64,000 nt of DNA, taken from contig CAYFQE010000004.1 of the NCBI GenBank assembly GCA_964345235.1, forward strand, positions 4,366 through 68,365, in the 5' to 3' direction. Numbering within the stretch: the stretch's first letter is position 1; each line of letters starts with the position of its first letter. The translations under genes were made by a program, and so were the position numbers. Below are positions 26,637 to 34,489 of the stretch, piece after piece. The notes beneath the pieces were generated by a model. The model saw only the letters and a list, made by a program, of their open reading frames with translations. It was not told where the DNA came from and made no database searches. The DNA is from an uncultured Oscillospiraceae bacterium (GTDB lineage Bacteria; Bacillota; Clostridia; Oscillospirales; Oscillospiraceae).

Positions 26637-27722
26637 CTATTTCTCGCCGTAAAGCTTCTTGGCGGTTTCGATTACCAGGCCGCGCTCGAGTATCTGGCCG
26701 CCTGATGAAAGCGCCATTTCTATCTTTGTTCTGCCGTGGACGGCAAGCTGCACATCGACACCGTACTGGGGCGGTATGGACATCTCCGCCACAACTATGC
26801 CGCGAACCTTCTCGTAATTTAGCTTCTCGAATGCCTCATAGGGGAAAGGATTTACCTTTAGCGGGCGAATAAAGCCCACCTTATATCCCTCTTTCCTGAG
26901 CAGTTGAAGAGCGGACTTGGCTATGCGGCCTGAAGAACCGTAGCCTGTTAGTATAATCTCGCTGTCCTCGGGTACATCCATCTCGTACTCGACTTCATCC
27001 TTTTTCCACTGCTCATACATTGCCATATCTTTTATGTTGAGCTGTTCCTGGCTGATGTTCGGGTCAAGTCCCGGTCCGCACTGCACCTGGTGGAACGGAC
27101 CGCCCTTGCGTCCTCGCGCAGCATATGTTTTACTTTCTCGAATCTTTTGCACTTCTTCATCGCTAAGAGGCTCGGGGAAGTACACCGGCTCCATCATGGC
27201 GCCTATCATTCCGTCGAGCAGAACATAGGTAGGCATTCTGTACTTGTCGGCAAGGTCGAAAGCCCTGTATGTCATATCCACAGCCTCCTGCACCGAACCG
27301 GGCGCAAGCACGAGCATTTGGAATCCGCCGTTGCCCGAGGCCTTTGTCGCTTGGAAGTAGTCCTGCTGGGCGGGCTTAATATCGCCGATTCCGGGGCCGC
27401 CGCGCTGGAAGTTTGCTATGACCGAGGGCATTCTGGCTCCCGCCAAAAATGCTATGCCTTCGCTCTTTAGGGCAATTCCGCAGGAGGACGAGGATGTCAT
27501 GCACCTCACGCCTGCCGCCGCCGCTCCGAAAAGCATGTTCACCGAGGCAATTTCACTTTCACCCTGAATAAAAACTCCGCCCACCTCAGGCATTCTGCGT
27601 GACATATATTCGGGCATTTCGTTTTGCGGGGTTATCGGATAGCCTGCGAAAAAGCGGCAGCCTGCTCTGGCCGCGGCTTCCGCTACGGCTTCCGTACCCT
27701 TCATAAGAATTTTTTCAGACAT
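26637..27722 (-). CDS. 2-oxoacid:ferredoxin oxidoreductase, alpha subunit
   Basis: 361 aa. GTEAVAEAAARAGCRFFAGYPITPQNE at the N-terminus, typical of KorA/PorA-type alpha subunits. Confidence 0.9.
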   Translation of the reverse strand: MSEKILMKGTEAVAEAAARAGCRFFAGYPITPQNEMPEYMSRRMPEVGGVFIQGESEIASVNMLFGAAAAGVRCMTSSSSCGIALKSEGIAFLAGARMPSVIANFQRGGPGIGDIKPAQQDYFQATKASGNGGFQMLVLAPGSVQEAVDMTYRAFDLADKYRMPTYVLLDGMIGAMMEPVYFPEPLSDEEVQKIRESKTYAARGRKGGPFHQVQCGPGLDPNISQEQLNIKDMAMYEQWKKDEVEYEMDVPEDSEIILTGYGSSGRIAKSALQLLRKEGYKVGFIRPLKVNPFPYEAFEKLNYEKVRGIVVAEMSIPPQYGVDVQLAVHGRTKIEMALSSGGQILERGLVIETAKKLYGEK

Positions 27723-27950
27723 TTAGACGACCTCCCTATATACGCTTATAACTGCATCGGGGCAGATGCGCGCGCACAATCCGCAACCGATGCATTTTTC
27801 CGGATGAAGGGCCTGCATATAGTTGTAGCCCTTTGCATTCACCTCGGAACCGGTGCCCAGAACCTTGTTCGGGCAAACCTCAGCGCAGTAGAGACAGCTC
27901 TTACATGCTGCGATATAAAATTCAACTCTACCTTTTGCCATTGTTTTCAC
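27723..27950 (-). CDS. 2-oxoacid:ferredoxin oxidoreductase, delta subunit (2x[4Fe-4S] ferredoxin)
   Basis: 75 aa with CKSCLYCAEVCP and CIGCGLCARICP. Its stop abuts the alpha-subunit start. Confidence 0.85.
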   Translation of the reverse strand: MKTMAKGRVEFYIAACKSCLYCAEVCPNKVLGTGSEVNAKGYNYMQALHPEKCIGCGLCARICPDAVISVYREVV

Positions 27951-27968
27951 TCCATTTAATAATAAAAT

Positions 27969-28655
27969 TTATTGTAGCCAGACGGGCAGATTATTTATAC
28001 TTACCGGAAAAATGTCCGGCAAATCTTTTCCTTCAAGCTCAGATACAAGACTCTCGTCGACGCACAGGAAGAGTATTTCCTTTTCGGGGAAAAGCTCTTT
28101 TACTTTTTCGACGCCTTCGATTATAGCGGCGGCGTCCGTTTCATATCCGAGATTGGGGTTTGCAACGATATTTATATGCTTTATTGCGGCGGCACCCACT
28201 GTTCGTCTCATTGTTTCCTCTATGGCCTCTCTGCTTCTCGACCAAGGACGATAGGGGTTTACAAGATACAGTGTTGCCGTATTCTCGGAATTTATCGCTT
28301 CTTCGAACTGGGCTATCATGTGGCTGCCGTATGCTCCCCCGCCTATGTCTAAAACAGTGCAGACATTCGGGTCGCCGAGCTTTTGCATAACCCCCGGCAA
28401 AACCGTGGGAGCATCCATAAACTGGCGCTCCATGGGCATCTCAACTCCGGCTTTTTTCAAAAAGACCTCGCTGTCTCTCGCTCTGAGAACCGGCTTTGTC
28501 TGGTCCATATCGAGAAAATACACCTGCTTATCGCCGTACTTCTGAAGCCCGGCGGCAAGACTCAGAGAGAGCTCTGTCTTGCCCGAGCCGGCCTCGCCGA
28601 TGAGCACGAAATTCTTCGCCATATTTTTGAGCTTTCGGATAATTTCTTTAATCAA
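27969..28655 (-). CDS. Uncharacterised P-loop NTPase (SIMIBI/G3E- or GPN-loop-like)
   Basis: Walker A LIGEAGSGKTELS, then FLDMDQTKP, Walker-B-like CTVLDIGGGAYG, and IVANPNLG where G3E proteins carry NKxD. TTG start 5-6 nt after GGGAGA. Lies 18 nt upstream of the delta subunit. Confidence 0.6.
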   Translation of the reverse strand: MIKEIIRKLKNMAKNFVLIGEAGSGKTELSLSLAAGLQKYGDKQVYFLDMDQTKPVLRARDSEVFLKKAGVEMPMERQFMDAPTVLPGVMQKLGDPNVCTVLDIGGGAYGSHMIAQFEEAINSENTATLYLVNPYRPWSRSREAIEETMRRTVGAAAIKHINIVANPNLGYETDAAAIIEGVEKVKELFPEKEILFLCVDESLVSELEGKDLPDIFPVSINNLPVWLQ

Positions 28656-28683
28656 AGTTTTCTCCCGTCTGTTTAAACTTTTT

Positions 28684-29637
28684 TTACTGCAAAACCTGTT
28701 TATCGTAGTTGGCTTCGACTGCCTTTACAACTTTTGTAAGGACATCGCATACGGGCGTGGCCACACCGTATTTTTTACCGTAGTCGGAAATGGCTCCCGT
28801 GAGGGCTGTGACCTCGGTCTGTCTCTTTGCAAAGAGCATATCCTGAGCCATCGAGGGATAGTAGTTTCCGATTGCGGCCATAAGGTTATCGATATTGCCC
28901 TTGGTGTATTCCCAAACGCCCTCGATTCCCATAGCCTCGGAGACATCGGCTGCCTCTCTCCATATCGACCAAACAAGCTCCGAGCCGCAGGGATGAGCCA
29001 TGACTTCGCTGACCTTTAGACGCAACACGGCGCAGACCGTGTTCATTCCTGCGTTGGAAGTGGCTTTTTTCCAAATTGCGGGACGCACATCATCGTAGAA
29101 ATGCACGGAGAGTCCGCCCTTTTCGAAGCACTCTTTAAGGTAGTTTCCCGCCTTCTCAGTGAGCTCGCTGTTCTCGGATGCGCCGAAATACATGTTTTCG
29201 CCGCCCAGAGGTTTTGCTACGCAGGCACCGGGCTCGGGAAGCTCGGTTCCCATATTTCCGCAACCGAAGAGAACCCTGTTTGCGGGGATAAACTTTTTGA
29301 CATGCTCGTCGTTTCCGAGACCGTTTTGCAGTGTGGCTACTACCGTGTGCTCACCTATGCATGCCATTGATTTCTCCAAGAGCCCCTCTGTTTGAGTTGC
29401 TTTTACCATGATTATGGCAATATCAACAACTCCGATATTCTCGGCAGAATACGCCGTTTTGAATCCGTCTACATGGAAGGTGCCACGGGGATCGGTGAAA
29501 TTCATGCCGTCTTTTGCAACCTTGTCCATGTGCTCCTTGTAAAGATCGACCAAGACTATGTCGTTGGCGCCGCCCATTTTTAAGTAGCTTGCGAATACAC
29601 TGCCGGCAGCTCCGCTGCCCAGCATTGCGATTTTCAT
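28684..29637 (-). CDS. Ketopantoate reductase (PanE/ApbA) family oxidoreductase
   Basis: MKIAMLGSGAAGSVFASYL Rossmann N-terminus. 317 aa, with the ApbA-type C-terminal helical domain. Confidence 0.8.
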   Translation of the reverse strand: MKIAMLGSGAAGSVFASYLKMGGANDIVLVDLYKEHMDKVAKDGMNFTDPRGTFHVDGFKTAYSAENIGVVDIAIIMVKATQTEGLLEKSMACIGEHTVVATLQNGLGNDEHVKKFIPANRVLFGCGNMGTELPEPGACVAKPLGGENMYFGASENSELTEKAGNYLKECFEKGGLSVHFYDDVRPAIWKKATSNAGMNTVCAVLRLKVSEVMAHPCGSELVWSIWREAADVSEAMGIEGVWEYTKGNIDNLMAAIGNYYPSMAQDMLFAKRQTEVTALTGAISDYGKKYGVATPVCDVLTKVVKAVEANYDKQVLQ

Positions 29638-29690
29638 AATAGCATTCCTCCTTTTTAAATTGCCTTAGCTTATGGTTGATTTTTACCATA

Positions 29691-29733
29691 CTCGAACCAT
29701 AAGGCTCTGGACATTCAGAGCCTTATGATCGAG
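29691..29733 (-). other. Intercistronic stem-loop without U-tract
   Basis: 11-bp perfect stem ATAAGGCTCTG (29699-29709) / CAGAGCCTTAT (29716-29726), extended by CTCGA / TCGAG. No T-run follows on the coding (minus) strand. Confidence 0.5.
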
Positions 29734-29776
29734 CCTATACTTTTTGTTTATATAAATACAGGCAGCGCCTGATATT

Positions 29777-30937
29777 TTAATCTATGCCCTCTGCTTGGAT
29801 GTTGTTCTCCGCAAGATATTTCTTGCTTATCTTGCGTGAACCGAGTATCAGAGAGGATAGAATGAGTATGGGCAGGTTGAGGTATCCGAGAGCCTTGTAG
29901 CCGACAGATACGAGATTTAGGATGCCGAATCTGGAAGCCAGTGCGCAGACTATGAGCAGGATTGCAACAAAGAGACCGTCACGCAGACTGCTCTTGGGGC
30001 CTTCTTTGGGCTGATAGTATACGCTGAATCTCGCAACGCCCGCGAATGCAAAACCGACAACGGTGGAGAGCACCGCAACAAAGACAACTGCAACATATAC
30101 GCCTGTCATCCAAGGTAAGTTGAGCCTTTGCAGTATGGCAAAAATCGGCAGAGCCTCCTTGGTAATGGGGAACACGCTTGTGTAGGAGAAGAGCATGAGG
30201 CCGATTATTATGAGCAGACCCACATTGGAAATAAATCCAATAAGAGCTGCCATTTTAGACTCTTTACGGCTCTTGATTGTTTCTGCAACCGATGCGATGT
30301 TGGCTATGACAGTGGCCTGGAACGCGCCATAGATAACTGCACTCCACATTGCCTTGGGCCAGCTGAAGTTTGCCGGATCGAGCGTGGTGTTCGTATAGGA
30401 GAAAGCGCTCTTAAGATCTCCGTCGCCACGGAGGGCAACCATGATGATTATGAGAAGCAGTACGCCGATAACAAGGTACATCATGTAGGTCGAGGCTCTT
30501 CTGACGAGTTCGGCGCCATAAGCACAAAGCAGAGCTCCGCATATGACAACCAACGCAACACCTATCCAATAGTTAATCCCGAGGGTGTTCTGCATAAGTG
30601 TTGCAACTGCGTTAAGACTGCCTCCCATGGCCGTAATGCAGGTTACGACAAAGGAGAGGTCAAACAGATACGAAACCCATTTTACTCCGAAGATGTTCTG
30701 AATCCATGCCTTATAATCATAGGTCTTGTAAATTCTGGATGCCTCTGTTGAGATGTACAGACATACCGCCAGCATACCCATTGCCAAAAACATGGCGAAT
30801 AATCCGGGAATGCCGTACTGAATGTAGTACACATTCAGCTGTGTGCCGCTTGCAACACCTGGACCGAAGTGCGTTCCCATCCAAACCATGGCGATACCTA
30901 CTGCCGCCGCAGTTACGCCGCTTTTTTTCTTTTCCAT
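29777..30937 (-). CDS. YkvI-like polytopic membrane protein (putative APC-superfamily transporter)
   Basis: 386 aa, ~11-12 TM. N-terminal GIAMVWMGTHFGPGVASGTQL resembles the G-x-G-F-A-S-G start of YkvI-type proteins. Confidence 0.5.
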   Translation of the reverse strand: MEKKKSGVTAAAVGIAMVWMGTHFGPGVASGTQLNVYYIQYGIPGLFAMFLAMGMLAVCLYISTEASRIYKTYDYKAWIQNIFGVKWVSYLFDLSFVVTCITAMGGSLNAVATLMQNTLGINYWIGVALVVICGALLCAYGAELVRRASTYMMYLVIGVLLLIIIMVALRGDGDLKSAFSYTNTTLDPANFSWPKAMWSAVIYGAFQATVIANIASVAETIKSRKESKMAALIGFISNVGLLIIIGLMLFSYTSVFPITKEALPIFAILQRLNLPWMTGVYVAVVFVAVLSTVVGFAFAGVARFSVYYQPKEGPKSSLRDGLFVAILLIVCALASRFGILNLVSVGYKALGYLNLPILILSSLILGSRKISKKYLAENNIQAEGID

Positions 30938-30989
30938 TGCGAGTAGTCACTTCCTTTATTTACTTATATTTGCTGAGAAACCTGCTTCG

Positions 30990-31018
30990 ATTATAGGGGG
31001 GATTAAACATATTATCAA
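30990..31018 (-). promoter_or_regulatory. Sigma-A-like promoter of the YkvI-like/kor operon
   Basis: Minus strand: TTGATA (31018-31013), 17-nt spacer, TATAAT (30995-30990). Lies ~50 nt upstream of ATG 30937. Confidence 0.5.
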
Positions 31019-31100
31019 CATTGATTACAAAAAATCATTGTCATTCTTTCGACAATCATTTTCCCCGTTTTGTCGGCTTTTATTATTTGTTTTCGTCACA

Positions 31101-31136
31101 AAAATAACTAATACCCCGGAAAACTTCCGAGGTATT
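31101..31136 (-). terminator. Terminator downstream of tRNA-Gly
   Basis: Minus strand: AATACCTCGG-AAGTTTT-CCGGGGTATT (one G-U pair) followed by AGTTATTTTT. Confidence 0.6.
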
Positions 31137-31144
31137 AAAATCTT

Positions 31145-31220
31145 TGGAGCGGGCGACGAGGCTCGAACTCGCTACCTCCACCTTGGCAAGGTGGCGCTCT
31201 ACCGGATGAGCTACGCCCGC
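31145..31220 (-). tRNA. tRNA-Gly (anticodon GCC), CCA encoded
   Basis: Hand-folded. Acceptor GCGGGCG/CGCCCGC, D arm GCTC-ATCCGGTA-GAGC, anticodon arm CCACC-TTGCCAA-GGTGG, T arm GCGAG-TTCGAGC-CTCGT, then T-CCA. Confidence 0.95.
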
Positions 31221-31235
31221 ATCTCTGCGGAAGCT

Positions 31236-31263
31236 ATTCTAGCACATAAGCCGCAAATGTCAA
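31236..31263 (-). promoter_or_regulatory. Sigma-A-like promoter of tRNA-Gly (extended -10)
   Basis: Minus strand: TTGACA (31263-31258), 16-nt spacer ending in TGC, TAGAAT (31241-31236). Lies 15 nt upstream of the mature 5' end. Confidence 0.55.
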
Positions 31264-31361
31264 GAATTATTATACTGAGTTTTTACATATGAAGCACCTG
31301 CACACAGTTTATTGCGGGCAGATTTTTTCTTATTTTAGATTATTTCGTAACGCTCACTCTT

Positions 31362-31694
31362 TCACTCATGGGTATATATGCTTTTCTGCTTTGGTTGGTT
31401 ACATACGCCTGCCTTGGAATAGATTATATTGTGTCTTTTTGCCACCGATTTTATGAACTCGTGGTCGTCGGCATTTTCGAAGCCCTGCTGCAGCATATTG
31501 TGGTCGATGTATGCAACAGACAAATCGGTTTTAACGGCATCAATGCCAAGCTTTTCGAGCTGCAGATACACCATTGTACCCGTAGAATCCTGAGTTAAAG
31601 TCTGGTTTACTTTTATTTTTACTTCGTTTCCCTGCTTAAGTTCTCCCTCGAGTAGGTTTTGTGAGAGAATTTTCATCGCCATGCTCTGCTTCAT
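31362..31694 (-). pseudogene. Remnant of an aconitate hydratase gene (N-terminal ~97 codons only)
   Basis: KILSQNLLEGELKQGNEVKIKVNQTLTQDSTGTMVYLQLEKLGIDAVKTDLSVAYIDHNMLQQGFENADDHEFIKSVAKRHNIIYSKAG matches the N-terminus of clostridial-type aconitases (~640 aa). Similarity stops where the GNGICHQ motif is expected, and a stop codon follows 14 codons later. Confidence 0.7.
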
Positions 31695-31807
31695 GTTTTC
31701 TCCTTTGACGCGCTGTATAATCTAAGCTGTTACCTATGTTTCGGTGCAAAGTCCCGGAATTCAAGATTTAATCTTGCTTCTCTTAAAACCGTATTGAATA
31801 TTATACG

Positions 31808-31850
31808 CAAAAAAGCGATAAGTCACAATGCTTTTGTGGCTTATCGCTTT
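31808..31850 (-). terminator. Rho-independent terminator after the lipoprotein gene
   Basis: Stem AAGCGATAAG / CTTATCGCTT with a partly paired interior. On the minus strand it is followed by TTTTTTGCG. Confidence 0.65.
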
Positions 31851-31884
31851 TCTTTAATTTGCATTTATATTTGTTTTTAATTTC

Positions 31885-33009
31885 TCAGCCGGAGAAATTT
31901 ACATATTTCATTTTGCTGCTACAGGCGGGGTATTCCTCGAAATCCCAAAAATATTCGCCCTTCATGTCTTCGTCGCTTGCAAAGAGCAGGGCGGTTTGTC
32001 CCGTCTTTTTAAATCCGCCAAGGTCGAAGTGGTAATGCTCGCCCTCGATTTTAAGTATGTTCCAGTAGTTCTCGTCCTTATTAAGTCTGCCCTTAACCAC
32101 AACGCTCTCTATGCCGAGTTCGTCGCAGCATGCCTTTAGTAATATTGCAAGCCCTTCGCCTGAGGCTATTTTATCTAGGGCGGCGTTTTTAAGCGATCCG
32201 ATGGCCGTTTCGTTATATTTCACGGTATCGTTGATTATTTTGACAAGCTCTATGACCATAAAGCTTTCTGATCTTTCTTTAAACGGCTCGATTATGCCCT
32301 TTATTTCTCTTAAGCAACTTGACGAAAGTCTGTTTCGCTCATCTTTGCTCATCCCGTAATCCAACCTGAGTTCGTAGATTTTGGAGGTATCTCCGCTGTC
32401 GTAGGTTCCGACAAGGATTCCGGGGCGAACGGGGAATTTTAGAGGGGACTCCAAATACTTTTTCTCTGCAAAATCTCTTAGTTCCTCCTCTGTGAGCTTG
32501 GAGCTTCTTATATGTAAAACCAAAAGCTCGTCTCCGTTTTGCATGGCATCGGCTATGAGCTTGAGGCCCTCTTCCGTTGTGTTCACAGACTTTATGGCAT
32601 CGGTTTCTTCCTTGGTCTTCTTATAGTTTATGTAGACTGAAGCGCCGAGATAAGACACCGTTCTGTCGATATCGTAGGAGATAAAATCCACACAATAAGC
32701 TCCGAGCGCCATCTTTGAGCTTATGTCTCTGCAAACTGCCGCAAGGTCCTCATTTACATTCCCCTTATAGTTTTTAAAGCTCAGTTTACCTAGCTCGCTG
32801 TGCTCGACAACGAGCCTTGTTAAAAAGAGCTTGAGCCCGAGGTAGTTTTCTACCTCGTAGCCTATGTCCTCGCTTTCGCTTGCTTTCTGTTCCTTCGCCT
32901 CTTTGATATTCAGATATTCTTTATCGAAAATCGAAGAACAGGCTGATAAAAGCATTGACACTATCAGCAAGATGAGCAAAAGCGAGGATTTTTTACAGGC
33001 AGGTTTCAA
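31885..33009 (-). CDS. Lipoprotein with a degenerate transglutaminase-like C-terminal domain
   Basis: Lipobox LLILLIVSMLLSAC-S. The C-terminal GEGLAILLKACCDELGIESVVVKGRLNKDENYWNILKIEGEHYHFD follows transglutaminase-core spacing but lacks the catalytic Cys and His. Confidence 0.45.
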   Translation of the reverse strand: MKPACKKSSLLLILLIVSMLLSACSSIFDKEYLNIKEAKEQKASESEDIGYEVENYLGLKLFLTRLVVEHSELGKLSFKNYKGNVNEDLAAVCRDISSKMALGAYCVDFISYDIDRTVSYLGASVYINYKKTKEETDAIKSVNTTEEGLKLIADAMQNGDELLVLHIRSSKLTEEELRDFAEKKYLESPLKFPVRPGILVGTYDSGDTSKIYELRLDYGMSKDERNRLSSSCLREIKGIIEPFKERSESFMVIELVKIINDTVKYNETAIGSLKNAALDKIASGEGLAILLKACCDELGIESVVVKGRLNKDENYWNILKIEGEHYHFDLGGFKKTGQTALLFASDEDMKGEYFWDFEEYPACSSKMKYVNFSG

Positions 33010-33013
33010 AATA

Positions 33014-33574
33014 TCAGTATCCCAGTTCCTCGTTTATGATGATTACTTCAAGCTTCTGGCCGTTCATGGGTCTTATGAGTGTGGCAACTCCCTTGGCTAT
33101 AGACGGAATCTTACTTTCGTCTAAGCCGAAGCGCTTTGCGTTTAGAGGAGATGCAACCTTCCACGCTCTCTCGACCGCCTCTTCATAGGTTTTGCGAATT
33201 TTATTCACTCCGGCTACAATGAAGAGCCTCTTGTGCCCGAAAAACATCGAGGCTATTCTGTTGCCGGTGCCATCGATATTGACTATTACTCCGTCCTCAC
33301 TCAAGCCGTTTGCCGAGCAGATATAGGCCTCTGCAACAGCGGCTTTTTTGTGAACCTCGTGAATAGGCTGAGTCTTCCAATGCCAGTGAACCTCGGATTT
33401 TTCGATGAGTTCCTCGTAAAGCCCGAGAGCCTCGACCGTCATCGAGCCGCCTATGCCGACCGTTGTACCCGAGAGAACCTCGAGAAGATAGTCTTTGGCC
33501 TCTTCCTTTGTTTCGAAGTACTTGTAGCTTACACCGTTCTCTTTAAAGCTATTTTCAAGTTTTTTAAGGTCCAT
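33014..33574 (-). CDS. LUD-domain protein (LutC/YkgG-like, DUF162)
   Basis: 186 aa. FETKEEAKDYLLEVLSGTTVGIGGSMTVEALGL and the C-terminal VIIINEELGY are typical of stand-alone LUD proteins. Confidence 0.65.
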   Translation of the reverse strand: MDLKKLENSFKENGVSYKYFETKEEAKDYLLEVLSGTTVGIGGSMTVEALGLYEELIEKSEVHWHWKTQPIHEVHKKAAVAEAYICSANGLSEDGVIVNIDGTGNRIASMFFGHKRLFIVAGVNKIRKTYEEAVERAWKVASPLNAKRFGLDESKIPSIAKGVATLIRPMNGQKLEVIIINEELGY

Positions 33575-33604
33575 GTTTTTTCTCCTTTCACCTTTTATGT
33601 TTTG

Positions 33605-34480
33605 TTATTTGTCCGTGTGTATATCCTCAAAGCCGTCGCCAAACACATCTCTGACATCGGATACCATGACGAAGGCCGCCGAGTCCTCTTGTTTTATAAT
33701 GTTTCTAAGCTGAGATATCTGCCTTTTGTTTATGGTACAGAGCAGAATATCCTTTTTATCTCCCGTGTAACCGCCCTCTCCGTGGAGCACGGTGACCCCT
33801 CTGTCCAGCTCATTCAGCAACCTCTCCTTTATATTATCACTTTTTTCGCTGATAATATAGCAGGCTTTTGAGCTGTTTAGGCCATAGAGCACAACATCGA
33901 CAACCGTGGCGTTTATGAACATGGCAACGAGTGCATAGAGAGCCGACTCGATTTTGTTGAAAATAATTGCGAACACTACTATTACCACTATGTCCATTAT
34001 AAGTATCAGGGTTCCCATGTTTATGTGCTGCCACTTCGAGCGCATAAACTTCGCCATGATATCAACACCGCCCGTTGTCGCTCCTGTGCGATATACCACG
34101 CCAAGACCTATCCCCATAAGCAGACCGCCGTAGATAGAGGAAACCATCAAGTCCACATTGCCGAAACCTATAACGCTGACATGCACAGCTATTGCGTCTA
34201 TCATAAATGATGACACCATCATGCATATGAGTGAGGCTATTGTTGACCTTCTGCCAAAGCTCATTCTCGCCATTATAAACAGAGGTATGTTCATAGCTAT
34301 AACCAAAGCACCGACAGGCAGGCGGGTTATGAGATTTATTATCATGGCGATGCCAGTAACTCCGCCCGTGATTATATCATTGCGATAGAGAAAAATTTGA
34401 AATCCGGCGGCATAGAAAAGGGAACCCGCAAAAATCATTAAATACTCTTTTATATATCCTCTAATCAGCTTAAAGTTCAT
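33605..34480 (-). CDS. YitT-family membrane protein (DUF2179 C-terminal domain)
   Basis: YLMIFAGSLFYAAGFQIFLYRNDIITGGVTGIAMII, five TM segments, and a soluble C-terminal domain GVTVLHGEGGYTGDKKDILLCTINKRQI. Confidence 0.8.
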   Translation of the reverse strand: MNFKLIRGYIKEYLMIFAGSLFYAAGFQIFLYRNDIITGGVTGIAMIINLITRLPVGALVIAMNIPLFIMARMSFGRRSTIASLICMMVSSFMIDAIAVHVSVIGFGNVDLMVSSIYGGLLMGIGLGVVYRTGATTGGVDIMAKFMRSKWQHINMGTLILIMDIVVIVVFAIIFNKIESALYALVAMFINATVVDVVLYGLNSSKACYIISEKSDNIKERLLNELDRGVTVLHGEGGYTGDKKDILLCTINKRQISQLRNIIKQEDSAAFVMVSDVRDVFGDGFEDIHTDK

Positions 34481-34489
34481 CTGTTCTCC

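Noticed and set aside
24500-31145. Genomic island integrated at tRNA-Gly, carrying the OFOR operon.
   Set aside because: I found no integrase or recombinase, no direct repeat of the tRNA 3' end, and no obvious compositional break by eye. Only the truncated aconitase on the other side hints at rearrangement. It is kept as a caveat within the aconitase finding.
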